Virus record (IMG/VR): IMGVR_UViG_3300014208_000001
Coordinates: 165,318-229,317 of that record
Strand: one strand, 5' to 3'
Length of the DNA stretch: 64,000 nucleotides
Origin: a virus
Lineage: Duplodnaviria; Heunggongvirae; Uroviricota; Caudoviricetes
Shown here one piece after another: positions 35,515 to 45,887 of this stretch (position 1 is the first letter of the stretch; each line of letters begins with the position of its first letter). The notes beneath the pieces were generated by a model. It ran no database searches and was not told where the DNA came from. It worked only from the letters and a program-made list of their open reading frames with translations. A program made the translations under genes and the position numbers.

Positions 35515-35898
35515 TTACAAGCCGTTAAATGGCGACGTATGATCATTAGCTAATTTATATTCCGCTAATTTATATGCCGCAAATTGATCTAATGCTTTAT
35601 AACATGTTACAATTGCCGAGTTCACAACATTTTCAATAACGTCATTGTCTATTAATTGGATTGTATATTCTATAATTTTTGAATATGTATATGTGCCCAT
35701 TGGCGAACTATACATAATTATGATATCTGCTCCTGATATTTCTATTTGTACCATGAATAAGTGATGTGTATATAATAATATATGCATATCAGAACCTAAT
35801 ACTTCAACTATATCGAATCTATAGTGTGATTTTTTGTCTAATTCTTCTTTTATTATTTTAATTATATTGTTATGCAAGCTCACATTTGTCGCCGTCAC
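35515..35898 (-). CDS. hypothetical protein
   Basis: A 127-aa ORF overlapping the RNR 3' end by 29 nt. Confidence 0.35.
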   Translation of the reverse strand: MTATNVSLHNNIIKIIKEELDKKSHYRFDIVEVLGSDMHILLYTHHLFMVQIEISGADIIIMYSSPMGTYTYSKIIEYTIQLIDNDVIENVVNSAIVTCYKALDQFAAYKLAEYKLANDHTSPFNGL

Positions 35899-38800
35899 AG
35901 AATTTGCTGCCTATAGCTTCATTTATAAAAGATGAAAAATCTAATTGTTTGATTTTGCTATTATATTCGATGACTTCTTCTCTTGTACATGGTTCATATG
36001 GCGCTTGCTGATAACCGTGATCGGTGTGAGGAAGAAAACTTATCCCTTTTAATTTGTCTTCGAATACTTCACAAACTTCAGCTAATGTGTGGGCTTCTTC
36101 TTTTTTAAATTTTATTGTGCAACTAACTTGATTGTCTGCCCAATATGCTTGATAATCAGATGCTAACGCCATTTGACTGTACATCGAAACTTCTTCGACT
36201 GGTTTAACACGTTCATCGGAAATCGCGAATTTAGCGACCATTGTGTTTGGGTCACCAATCATTGGTTCGATATGATATCCTGCATCTTTCAAAATATCGA
36301 CTAAAATTGAATCTTTTGATAATCTCATGCGACGCCAATAATTTTTAGCTTCCGGGTAGTGAATACCAGGTGTTGCGCCAGCAACTAGACTGACCGATCC
36401 ACTTGGTTTGACCGATGTCACTTTTATAGATCCGTTCACGCATAGCCATTCACTATAAATGTTATCCCAATGTTTAATTTCTTTATAACCATTATCACAG
36501 AAATCGCGTAATAATTTTCGACGGCCAAATTTTGCTATAGCTTGAACGATTCCACTTTGTGATAAGCCTATTCTTCTATTTCTTAACATAACTTGGTTTG
36601 TGCGAGGGTTATGTGTTGGTAATAATGTAACTGTTTTGCCATATAAGTATGCATATTTAAGAGTACGCATATAATCTTCAGATGATTCATGATTGGCTGG
36701 GAAAGTTTCTACTAATGTGCATAATTCATGGTCTTCTAACGTTTGTTCGCTACATTGGCCTATTTGATATCCATTAATTACTATTTGGTTATTAATCGGC
36801 TCTGTTAAACAAAACGTATCTTGTTTGCCAATATATTCAATCGATTTCACTTTAACATACTTACCTGTGTCTGAATTATTTGATCCACAATGCTTTGATA
36901 GCCATTCTCTAGCATTTATTGATTTCCAATCTTGAATAAAACCAATTTGATCTAAAAATGCTGTTACTTGTTTCATACCAGAAATTATTAATTCCCAATT
37001 TGCCTTACGATTATATAGTTTTCGACCACCATTCCCATCATTCATAAGTTGCTTGCCAGCAGACTTTCTAAATTGCACAGTGCTAGCGATATTAAATTGG
37101 TTCAATAATAATCTGCAGTCAGACAGCAAATCACGATTAGATTGATTGATTCTAACCGAAATCGTGCCGTTATCAGATATTAAAACGCACCCATCGGCGG
37201 ACGCTAACCCTTTGATAAATGCACTAATAGTTTCCCTATCGCCATTCCATATACTAGATGGAATAGCATGCTTATTTCCGTTAACAATCCCATCGTTTTT
37301 CAACATTCTACCAAGAACATTAGATCCAACTCTGACTTCATCATGATCAAAATGTTCTTGATCTCTATGCCACCCGGCATATGCCGGCGACTGCACAGAT
37401 GATTTATTATGAATATAATATAATTCAGTTAACAATGCAGTGATACGTGGTAAAACATTTTCGACATCAGATTCATAACATGTACATTCGGCTCTGACTT
37501 GCCCATCTGATTTTGGCGATAGAGAGCCATCACCAATGCACCACCCTGCTAATTCAGCATACACAGTATTACGATATGTGCCAAAATGAACTGTCTGATT
37601 CAATGGTACCATATCACCAACTGAGAGTTCATTTAAATGAACTCTATTTTCATTGTATCTCACTCTTTTCTTACCATTTATTCTAATAGATTTCTTATTT
37701 AATTTTATAAAATTATGATTGGCTGTGGCATCAACATATGAATTATCATCAAATATCACACGCCACAAATCGATATTTTGGCCTGTTCTGTATACTTTGG
37801 TCGCTTCAACAACGCCGTTTCTGTTTACAACATTTTGACTTCCATATTTTAATATTGGATTATCAGTTAATCCATTATATTCTTGCATACCTGATTGAAG
37901 CCATAAGTCAATTAATTGGATATATCCATTAGCAGTTAATAGCTTGTTTGATCCGGCTAAACACGGATTACTTCCGACAGCCCTACCATCAACGCCAGGA
38001 TTAAATCCATCTATCATTCTACCATAATCTCGCATATTATCTAACCATATAAAACCTGGCTCACCATTTACAGCTATGCTAGCTGCATATTTAGTATAAT
38101 CCATTCCAACATGAGCAACTATCGAATTATTCGACGCCCATCTATGCGCATTTAAATAATTCCATGTTTTAACACAATAATCTAATTTATCGCCTTTAAT
38201 ACACGTATCTTCAAAATCACCATACACAGCAACATATCTATCAATATCATATAATTTAGTCGTTACTTTATAAAAGTCAGCAACTTCATCTTTTGTAAAC
38301 CCTGCAACTGGGTTTTTCATATTTATATAGTCATTGTCGTCATATTCTCCGAATGTGATTTGTGCGGTTCTACGCACGTTGCCAGCGACAACACATTTGC
38401 CAATAATATTCATTAAATCAGTTATATCAACACTCGTCAAATACCGATCAATTCGCGATTCAAGTAATTGTCTTATAGAATTATGCAACGATATTAATAT
38501 TTGCGCACCACTAGCTTTACCGCCAAATCCTTTAATATCTGACCCAGCCGGCCTAATATGATCATATTCAAATTCCATATATCCTAAATTAGGATATTTT
38601 GTATATGATTCAATAAGCAATCGTAACGATTCTACCCATGATTCACGCGAATCACCAATTACAAATGTATTTGCGGTATCATCATATGGAGAGCGTACTA
38701 ATAATTTATTCGCCCCTTTGGTATCGAATCCGACACCAACGCCGAGCATTGACATATCCATCATAAAGCAGAATGGTTCTGCTGGTTCAGTATCTATATT

Positions 38801-39256
38801 ATTAGTGGATATCATAGCGCAATTATTTAATGCTGCGCTTCCTCTACTCCACATAAATTCTGTACCCATCATCCATAGACCACGTCCTGGGGGCAAGAAT
38901 TTGAAATCCCACATTCTCTGAAACATTTCCATCGCTGATGGAACTGCTTTGTCATAACTCCATGGGATATGTAATTTTTTGCAGTGCCTTCTTTGTATCT
39001 CGTATGTGCCTTCTGTCACACGCCTTAATGTGTCTTCGAAGTTTTCTTTTGAATTGTCGGCTTTTAATCGTGAATATGTTCTGTAATAAACTATTTCACC
39101 TAATCCGTTGAATCCGAAATTAGGCTTTCTTCCTCTATATTGATTTATAAAATCTTCTGGTAATTGAAAATAATCATCTTCGACTGATGAGTAAGAACTG
39201 AAATAATTTTCTGATATTTTTTGATTCACTATTGAGGACATTAAACATTTCTCCAA
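35870..39256 (-). CDS. nrdA: ribonucleotide reductase large (alpha) subunit with one intein
   Basis: The extein is 725 aa. The intein splits the active-site motif, and the spliced product reads GSNP-CSEQ (compare SNLCSEI / NPCGE). The C-terminal tail has CDGDKC. Confidence 0.8.
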   Translation of the reverse strand: MEKCLMSSIVNQKISENYFSSYSSVEDDYFQLPEDFINQYRGRKPNFGFNGLGEIVYYRTYSRLKADNSKENFEDTLRRVTEGTYEIQRRHCKKLHIPWSYDKAVPSAMEMFQRMWDFKFLPPGRGLWMMGTEFMWSRGSAALNNCAMISTNNIDTEPAEPFCFMMDMSMLGVGVGFDTKGANKLLVRSPYDDTANTFVIGDSRESWVESLRLLIESYTKYPNLGYMEFEYDHIRPAGSDIKGFGGKASGAQILISLHNSIRQLLESRIDRYLTSVDITDLMNIIGKCVVAGNVRRTAQITFGEYDDNDYINMKNPVAGFTKDEVADFYKVTTKLYDIDRYVAVYGDFEDTCIKGDKLDYCVKTWNYLNAHRWASNNSIVAHVGMDYTKYAASIAVNGEPGFIWLDNMRDYGRMIDGFNPGVDGRAVGSNPCLAGSNKLLTANGYIQLIDLWLQSGMQEYNGLTDNPILKYGSQNVVNRNGVVEATKVYRTGQNIDLWRVIFDDNSYVDATANHNFIKLNKKSIRINGKKRVRYNENRVHLNELSVGDMVPLNQTVHFGTYRNTVYAELAGWCIGDGSLSPKSDGQVRAECTCYESDVENVLPRITALLTELYYIHNKSSVQSPAYAGWHRDQEHFDHDEVRVGSNVLGRMLKNDGIVNGNKHAIPSSIWNGDRETISAFIKGLASADGCVLISDNGTISVRINQSNRDLLSDCRLLLNQFNIASTVQFRKSAGKQLMNDGNGGRKLYNRKANWELIISGMKQVTAFLDQIGFIQDWKSINAREWLSKHCGSNNSDTGKYVKVKSIEYIGKQDTFCLTEPINNQIVINGYQIGQCSEQTLEDHELCTLVETFPANHESSEDYMRTLKYAYLYGKTVTLLPTHNPRTNQVMLRNRRIGLSQSGIVQAIAKFGRRKLLRDFCDNGYKEIKHWDNIYSEWLCVNGSIKVTSVKPSGSVSLVAGATPGIHYPEAKNYWRRMRLSKDSILVDILKDAGYHIEPMIGDPNTMVAKFAISDERVKPVEEVSMYSQMALASDYQAYWADNQVSCTIKFKKEEAHTLAEVCEVFEDKLKGISFLPHTDHGYQQAPYEPCTREEVIEYNSKIKQLDFSSFINEAIGSKFCDGDKCELA
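36755..37963 (-). mobile_element. RNR intein (403 aa, LAGLIDADG) inserted at the catalytic Cys; non-canonical C-terminus ...NGYQIGQ/C
   Basis: Starts CLAGSNKLLTANGY. Has LAGWCIGDGS and IKGLASADGCV motifs. Ends Gly-Gln rather than His-Asn, with Cys at +1. Boundaries were verified codon by codon. Confidence 0.75.
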
Positions 39257-39918
39257 TCATTAGCTAAAATTTCAGTGATGTTTCTGACAAAATTAGGATC
39301 ACGAGCTATTAACTTTGATCTCTCAACAAACAAATCAATCATAGATGGCAATAAGTGAGCATCATTTATCTTATTATCATTTAAGTATAATACAACTCTG
39401 GCGCAGCTATACGATAATGACATGTACTGTATTGATAATTTTTTGGATAAGTACAGGTTTGTGATTGCATATGATCTATTGTGCTTCTCTTTTATTAATA
39501 ATGCGGCTACGATGTCTTTTTTAAGCACACCACCGTTAGTTTTTTCAAGCAATACTGATCGAGATGAATTAATTATATTGATCAATCGCTCTGATGTCGA
39601 ATTTTCTTTTATTAATTCTTTATAAACATACTCTATTGTTGATTTCTTATTTAATGCTGATAGTCCTTTACACAATAATTTCATATTTTTAATATGTTTT
39701 ACAGCAATATGAATAAATCTATCTATCGAATAATCATCAAGACCATATTTTTCAAAATTGTTATGTAATGATAATAAATGACGCCAATGATATGTTTTAT
39801 GTGGGTCTGTATTGGCTGGAAATTTGAGCTTGTACCCATATTGTAAATACACTCTGAAGCATTTGTCCCATAATTGCATAACACGTTCATCAACCGTATT
39901 ATCAATATTCGACACCAT
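39241..39918 (-). CDS. hypothetical protein
   Basis: A 225-aa ORF, overlapping the RNR start by 16 nt. Confidence 0.4.
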   Translation of the reverse strand: MVSNIDNTVDERVMQLWDKCFRVYLQYGYKLKFPANTDPHKTYHWRHLLSLHNNFEKYGLDDYSIDRFIHIAVKHIKNMKLLCKGLSALNKKSTIEYVYKELIKENSTSERLINIINSSRSVLLEKTNGGVLKKDIVAALLIKEKHNRSYAITNLYLSKKLSIQYMSLSYSCARVVLYLNDNKINDAHLLPSMIDLFVERSKLIARDPNFVRNITEILANDWRNV

Positions 39919-39965
39919 TCCGATTTGCCTCCACGATTTAAATACGACAAAAAGAAAGATGATAC

Positions 39966-40208
39966 ATGCCCAATAACGAATCCAAAGACAATTTTGACAA
40001 TACTGAAGGTAATGATAAAATTTTAATTGGTGCTATAGAAAGTATCGCACCAATTTTAGAAAAAAGTGGATTAGAATGTATGATAATTATAAATACAGAA
40101 CCTAAACCAATAGTATGGACAGTAGGTAAACCATTTGATTTAGTTAAAATGAGTGCTCCTATTATCAGAGCACTCAAAGATGATATATTCAAATCTATAG
40201 ATTGTTAA
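39966..40208 (+). CDS. small hypothetical protein (plus strand)
   Basis: An 80-aa charged ORF. The competing antisense ORF 39938..40192 is hydrophobic and less protein-like. Confidence 0.25.
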   Translation: MPNNESKDNFDNTEGNDKILIGAIESIAPILEKSGLECMIIINTEPKPIVWTVGKPFDLVKMSAPIIRALKDDIFKSIDC

Positions 40209-40421
40209 TTATTCAAACGAATCAATATGCCATTGTATATCAGTGCCTCTGGCTGCATCTAATTTTTCGTATTCTCTATTTTTCATAGTTCTGATAGCAT
40301 GACCACAAATAATTTTTAACTGCTTAGTGTCAACATTATCTATAATTCTTATAATCTGATACATAGTATCGTCTGGTACTTTAATTCTATTAGACACTTC
40401 TTCTATTAATGAAATTTTCAT
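40209..40421 (-). CDS. hypothetical small protein
   Basis: A 70-aa ORF. Confidence 0.3.
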   Translation of the reverse strand: MKISLIEEVSNRIKVPDDTMYQIIRIIDNVDTKQLKIICGHAIRTMKNREYEKLDAARGTDIQWHIDSFE

Positions 40422-40777
40422 AATGTATCTTTAATTCCATTGGTGTCCAAACGAGTTATATCATTTTCATCGTATGTTTCATCAGAAATATAAATTTCAT
40501 ATAATATACTATCAGAAACCGCTATAAATTTATGATAAACAGTTGGATTAACTACTATAGGTTTCCATAAAGTTAAATCATATTCAACTACATGATTACT
40601 ATCTATAATCGGCAATACATTAAGTTTTACTGCACCTTTGACAAGTATAAATTTATTATATGATTTACTATGCATATGAGTAGATGAATATCCACCTTTT
40701 TTCAATTTCATATGAAATAACGCATATCCATCTGTATCGTACAATTTTAATGATGTTCCCCATGGTTTTACAATCAT
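40418..40777 (-). CDS. cupin-fold protein (ManC C-terminal cupin-like)
   Basis: VKPWGTSLKLYDTDGYALFHMKLKKGGYSSTHMHSKSYNKFILVKGAVKL resembles ERPWGSYEVL...[33 protein letters not shown]. Confidence 0.45.
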   Translation of the reverse strand: MIVKPWGTSLKLYDTDGYALFHMKLKKGGYSSTHMHSKSYNKFILVKGAVKLNVLPIIDSNHVVEYDLTLWKPIVVNPTVYHKFIAVSDSILYEIYISDETYDENDITRLDTNGIKDTL

Positions 40778-42369
40778 CGTGTAACCTTTTCATAATAGTA
40801 ATTAATCGTGCTTGATCCTTCAACAATTATTTCATTAACAGCTATTTGATACTGAACAGATACTGTGTCAGAATCAATAATTAATCCATTAGCTAAAACA
40901 TTGTCAGTTGGATTAAACAAATCAACATATTTAACACCAGACACATTTTCAATTACTTTTATAAAATTAGAAATATAAAATGGTTGGCCCATATCCCATT
41001 TGCTAATATCGAAAAAATTTTGAATGGCGGCTTCAACATTGCTTTTAACGATATTAGCGTCAGAATTAATACTAACAACAATATTAGCATTAATATCAAT
41101 TGGCTTCATAAATCCATCGTATATTACTACATCGTCTGTGGCGACATTTATACTATCTATATATGTTTTTAATCCATATTTCAAACCAGCGCTTGGCGCA
41201 ACTGGCCTATCATCATTCCCGACTGCCAATGCATATATTTCTATTCTATTGGCATTTAAACTAGTTCTAACAGCAGCTACAGCTTTACTAACGGTACCAA
41301 ACACTGGATGCGAATAGCTGATACTAGCTTGTGCATAATCTGATTCAGTCGTAATACTATTATGTATCGAAAAGTCTCTCGGCGCTCTTTTCTTAGCTTG
41401 CTCTATAGTTTCACGATCTGTGCCACCCATTGATGGCGTAATGTTACGAAATCTAACTGAGACGCTCGCGTTAGCTGGCGGCAATGGAGTTATCGGTAAC
41501 GATGAATCGATCTGTCCAACGCCAATTCTGCCTCTAATACCTCCACCAACACGATACATAATTTCAATAGTTTGTCCAGATAATGGTGCAACACCATTAA
41601 TATCATCACCAAATTTAAACACAGCACTAGTATCATAAAAAACGACTTCGACAACTTTATCAGTCGATGAATATCGTTCTATAGGATCATAAATCACTTT
41701 CCATGAATCCCTTGACGATCCTGAAATAATAGTAACATATATTGGCTGTTCTAATATATTAGTATCAGTGATGATATATTGCTGATTAGCACCCCCAGAA
41801 CTAACGAATGATACAGGTTCAACTGTTGATCCTTCTATACCATATGCAATTACACCTCTTTTATTAGCAGGAATAACGATTTTATTAGTAAAATCTAATG
41901 GTGATTTATATACTTCATATGTTATCGATGATCCATCTGGTCCATTTAATGAAAATTTCAAACCAGAATCGATTTGAATATCAGTTACTGTAGGCTGATT
42001 GATAGATATTTCAACATCAACAGTAGCTGGCGTTTGGCGTTTAAATCTTTGATTTATTAATGCCAAATGATTTACTACAGCAGCTTCTGATCTAGCTGTA
42101 CTAATAAACGCATCATCGGCTATCATATCAGCTCTTAAAGATAGCCTAGCTGTTACTGATGCTATCAATTCAGCCAGCATCATAACACCATTGCTGGCTA
42201 CGAAATCATTAAAAATATCAGGAAAATAAGTCTTAACATATTCAACAAAAGATCTAAGCGCTGTATCATAATCTAAAGCACTAAAATCAAACTTTCTTGA
42301 AGTTTGATCTGTTAATTGTACACTAAATCCTTGAGGATCAGCTGGCGTTTGAAAATATACGTCAGTCAT
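40774..42369 (-). CDS. baseplate wedge protein, gp6/Baseplate-J-like
   Basis: A 531-aa ORF immediately upstream of the gp25-like gene. Call rests on position and size only. Confidence 0.4.
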   Translation of the reverse strand: MTDVYFQTPADPQGFSVQLTDQTSRKFDFSALDYDTALRSFVEYVKTYFPDIFNDFVASNGVMMLAELIASVTARLSLRADMIADDAFISTARSEAAVVNHLALINQRFKRQTPATVDVEISINQPTVTDIQIDSGLKFSLNGPDGSSITYEVYKSPLDFTNKIVIPANKRGVIAYGIEGSTVEPVSFVSSGGANQQYIITDTNILEQPIYVTIISGSSRDSWKVIYDPIERYSSTDKVVEVVFYDTSAVFKFGDDINGVAPLSGQTIEIMYRVGGGIRGRIGVGQIDSSLPITPLPPANASVSVRFRNITPSMGGTDRETIEQAKKRAPRDFSIHNSITTESDYAQASISYSHPVFGTVSKAVAAVRTSLNANRIEIYALAVGNDDRPVAPSAGLKYGLKTYIDSINVATDDVVIYDGFMKPIDINANIVVSINSDANIVKSNVEAAIQNFFDISKWDMGQPFYISNFIKVIENVSGVKYVDLFNPTDNVLANGLIIDSDTVSVQYQIAVNEIIVEGSSTINYYYEKVTR

Positions 42370-42370
42370 C

Positions 42371-42754
42371 TTATCCCTTCATCGATAGATACTGCTCTAT
42401 CGTAACCAATTTAGTCGGATCAATCGAAAATTTAGCTAATATTTTAACATACAACTGCTTTGTCGCATAATTAGGGTCCATGACCACATTTACAGATACA
42501 ACTCTCTTATCAGAATTCTTAATACCTTCAGCCAAATCAGAAGACAATGTGGTAATAGTAATATCATCAAGAGGTTCAAATAATGATGGTATCAATAACG
42601 TGCCGAAATTCGGCCTCATAACACGTTCACCTTTAACAGTTAAAATAAACTGTAATATATCATTCTTAATAAGCTGTTCATCTTCTTGACGAGACAGCAC
42701 ATTCTGTGCTCCGCCAAAAAATGGCGGATTCATGCCAAAATATGTAGCACTCAT
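42371..42754 (-). CDS. baseplate wedge protein gp25-like (GPW/gp25 family)
   Basis: FGGAQNVL....NDILQFILTVKGERVMRPNFGTLLIPSLFEPLDD is the typical gp25 signature. Confidence 0.65.
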   Translation of the reverse strand: MSATYFGMNPPFFGGAQNVLSRQEDEQLIKNDILQFILTVKGERVMRPNFGTLLIPSLFEPLDDITITTLSSDLAEGIKNSDKRVVSVNVVMDPNYATKQLYVKILAKFSIDPTKLVTIEQYLSMKG

Positions 42755-43461
42755 CTGACCACCATCGCAAGAGATCTAATTTTATCAGTTGTCGTTGCGA
42801 TCAACAAACTGTATTGATCAGCTAATACAATCTGTTCTTGTAATTTATTGTTATAATCACTTAAACTGGAATTAAGTATATCTATACTACCTTGTATAGT
42901 ATTATCAAATTCTAATAGTACAATCAAACTAGCGATAGATCTATTTAATTCATTAATGGTACTCTGATAAGTAGAAATCAATTTTTTAGAATCAAATAAT
43001 TGTTGCTTATATGAATTTAACATATCTGATAATTGTTTGTAAGCATTATTCGCAGATGATGAAACTTTATCAGTATCAACACCATATAATGATAAATCAG
43101 AATAAAATGAATCATGTCTTATTTCCATAGATTCTGTAGTTGATATATCATTTATTTCTGTTACCGCTATATCTTCAAAAGATAATATGGTACCGGTTTC
43201 ATATTGGAGAGCATTAGTACCAGTTTCTAATCTGCTCGATTTTGATACTGTTGCAACTAACGTACCAATCGCTTTACGTTTAAAATCATATGATATTATA
43301 GGTATATCTCTTTTTTGACCATCTATGGCTTTAGGTATCTTTAATATAGTTGAATTTGATCTTGGTGGTGCGCTGTTACTTATTAAATATGTTACATTAC
43401 CTATGCCACTTATAGTTGGCAGAACATTTGAGTACAATCCAGTCGGATATTTGATAATCAT
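42751..43461 (-). CDS. baseplate-associated hypothetical protein
   Basis: A 236-aa ORF coupled within the baseplate operon. Confidence 0.35.
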   Translation of the reverse strand: MIIKYPTGLYSNVLPTISGIGNVTYLISNSAPPRSNSTILKIPKAIDGQKRDIPIISYDFKRKAIGTLVATVSKSSRLETGTNALQYETGTILSFEDIAVTEINDISTTESMEIRHDSFYSDLSLYGVDTDKVSSSANNAYKQLSDMLNSYKQQLFDSKKLISTYQSTINELNRSIASLIVLLEFDNTIQGSIDILNSSLSDYNNKLQEQIVLADQYSLLIATTTDKIRSLAMVVR

Positions 43462-43481
43462 GATCGCCTCTAATTCTATTT

Positions 43482-45572
43482 TTATACAGATGTACTTGTG
43501 CTGGTGCTTGTACTAGTATTATATGGATGCCTAACTTCATCTAATGGACATTCTTCAAATGGTCCGTTTGTGGTTTTGCCACGATCATCAGGAGACAATT
43601 GGTCTGGAACCAATATCTCATCAAGAACATTTAATGGTTCAACTTGGCCATCGGCACCAGGTATTAATGCAGCATAAATACTATCACAATGAACATCATT
43701 ACTAAACGTTGCGTCTGTTCCTCGTAAAGACATTGTACATGTACCACCTTTAAATTTAATCGATTCGTCAGCATTTAATGTTATAGAACCACCGGATTTA
43801 AAATTAATATCGCCATTAGAAATAATATCTATCTTAGTGCCAGAGTAAATCTTAACATCCCCATTATTATTATATAGTGTGATATTACGATTTATTTCAT
43901 CTATCCATACATATGCTTCTGTGTCATCGCTTGCTCTCATAATAGCTAATTTATATCTATCTGATAGCCAGACACCACGATTATTCTTACCAACCATTTC
44001 TACCCATGGGCCATCACCATCTCTAGCTTCGATGCCTTGATTATTATTATCAGCTGTTTTCAATCTTACGTATTGGTTTATATCGTCTAATTTCAAATGA
44101 TATGATGTGCTTTCTGCATCTCCAAACATTAACGGTTTTCTGATAAATTCATTATCTTTTGTTCCTTGCCATTCTGGTGCCCATTCAGTGCCCATTGATG
44201 CCGACAGCATAAGATAGCCATATCTGTCATTTAATTCTATCGATCTGCCATTAGGTGTACCCCATGATGTATGATTAGCTTCGTCATTTTCATTAAATTC
44301 CCAATAAAATCCTTGTGATACTGTTGATCTTACAGCAGCTCGCCGTCCTTTTATCAGTATACCATTGCCATGCGGCGTTTGTTCAGTACCAGCATCAATA
44401 GCACTAGAACCCCTATCATCTAACACTATTTTAAATCCATGCCTAGATACTGTCCGTATTTGTCTAGCGTCTCTGTCTTTCCATATTTCTACTTCATTTT
44501 CTACTTTATCAGATATTTCATCAATTAATTTTCTACTAATTGCTGTATCTCTACCTGGGTCTGATCCAACATCTATCATTTGCCATAACATACCACCTTT
44601 AGATCTTATTTTAATCCATCGCATATCACGTTCTGATTTTGATAAATATTTTAATCCCTCTCCATATTCATCACGAGATTTAGAATCAAATGGTAATTTT
44701 TGAGCCCATCCAGTATCTCTCATTTCAAATAAGTGACCATATCTAGTTAACATGGCGATTCTGCGTGAATCGCCTTCTGGTGTATTTTCATTTAATAACT
44801 TCTGATAATATTTCCATCTATCAGTTTCAAATTTTTCATCGTTATCAAAATCACCCTCAAATTCACCATATTCGCTATCAGATTTCCAATAATAGCCTTG
44901 ATCACTTTGTATAAAAATCATTCCATATTTCGATACACGTGCCATATATTTTTTATCTGGCTTGTTTATTTCTGGTTTATTACCTTTCGATTCGAATGAT
45001 TTACCCGATATTGCATCATGGCCTGGTGGCGGTGGTGTAATATCGTGCTCTCTAGGATAAAAACCAACTGACGACACTATATCAAGGTTACCATAACGAT
45101 CATTGGTTCCGGTGCTCATTGGGCGACGATCAGATGGCAAATAAGTTATATCATAATCATCTGGTTTTTTATCTGGCTTACCATCTTGATTCACAGATAC
45201 TGGAGATTCTGTATATAATGATGGATATGAATACATTCTACGTCTAGTCGCATTAGCAAAGCCAGTGCAAATCGGTGAATATGGGTGTCCCTTTTCAAAT
45301 TCTATTACTATTAAGTCACCTATGCATGGGTGAGTCCAGAATCCGGCTCTCTTACCACCTAAATGAAATGCTACAGTTGCCCATGGCGCTTCTTCTACTT
45401 TGATATCCCAATCATGTAATTCTGGGCATTTAAATTTTATACGATGCATATTTAATGGATCATTAGTTTCAACAACTTCAGCAATATATTGTCCACTAAA
45501 TCTATCATTTAGCGGTGTCTTTCTGGCCGCTAATACTTTATTTAAGTAAAGATCAGTGATATCAGACATCAT
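43482..45572 (-). CDS. baseplate central spike/hub protein, gp5/VgrG-like OB-fold N-terminus
   Basis: HPCIGDLIVIEFEKGHPYSPICTGF resembles the gp5/VgrG motif vGdeVlVaFe.GDpdrPiviG. The C-terminus is (TS)n. Confidence 0.5.
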   Translation of the reverse strand: MMSDITDLYLNKVLAARKTPLNDRFSGQYIAEVVETNDPLNMHRIKFKCPELHDWDIKVEEAPWATVAFHLGGKRAGFWTHPCIGDLIVIEFEKGHPYSPICTGFANATRRRMYSYPSLYTESPVSVNQDGKPDKKPDDYDITYLPSDRRPMSTGTNDRYGNLDIVSSVGFYPREHDITPPPPGHDAISGKSFESKGNKPEINKPDKKYMARVSKYGMIFIQSDQGYYWKSDSEYGEFEGDFDNDEKFETDRWKYYQKLLNENTPEGDSRRIAMLTRYGHLFEMRDTGWAQKLPFDSKSRDEYGEGLKYLSKSERDMRWIKIRSKGGMLWQMIDVGSDPGRDTAISRKLIDEISDKVENEVEIWKDRDARQIRTVSRHGFKIVLDDRGSSAIDAGTEQTPHGNGILIKGRRAAVRSTVSQGFYWEFNENDEANHTSWGTPNGRSIELNDRYGYLMLSASMGTEWAPEWQGTKDNEFIRKPLMFGDAESTSYHLKLDDINQYVRLKTADNNNQGIEARDGDGPWVEMVGKNNRGVWLSDRYKLAIMRASDDTEAYVWIDEINRNITLYNNNGDVKIYSGTKIDIISNGDINFKSGGSITLNADESIKFKGGTCTMSLRGTDATFSNDVHCDSIYAALIPGADGQVEPLNVLDEILVPDQLSPDDRGKTTNGPFEECPLDEVRHPYNTSTSTSTSTSV

Positions 45573-45886
45573 TATCCTAATAATTCTGGAAAAACAACAC
45601 GCTCACTAGGATATTTAATAATCGAACCTGTCTTGGGCCATCCAAACGGCTCAGCATTGTTATAAGAAATAATAACCCAATCTAATAATGGCGTACCATA
45701 AATTAAATTAGCTATCATATCAGCTTTGCCTTCATATTCTGATGTTACATAGAATGTCCCTTCTTTATCTGTAGTCAATTTTTGTGATAACCACGTGGGT
45801 TGTGCCCATTTATCTAAGGTTGATATACCTTGATAATTAACTAATTGTGTCTGGCGAAATCTAGAGAAATCACTAAATTGTGGCAT
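45572..45886 (-). CDS. hypothetical tail/baseplate protein (start probably internal Met MPQFSDF)
   Basis: ORF track gives 45572..45967. An internal start at 45886 removes the 80-nt overlap. Confidence 0.3.
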   Translation of the reverse strand: MPQFSDFSRFRQTQLVNYQGISTLDKWAQPTWLSQKLTTDKEGTFYVTSEYEGKADMIANLIYGTPLLDWVIISYNNAEPFGWPKTGSIIKYPSERVVFPELLG

Positions 45887-45887
45887 T

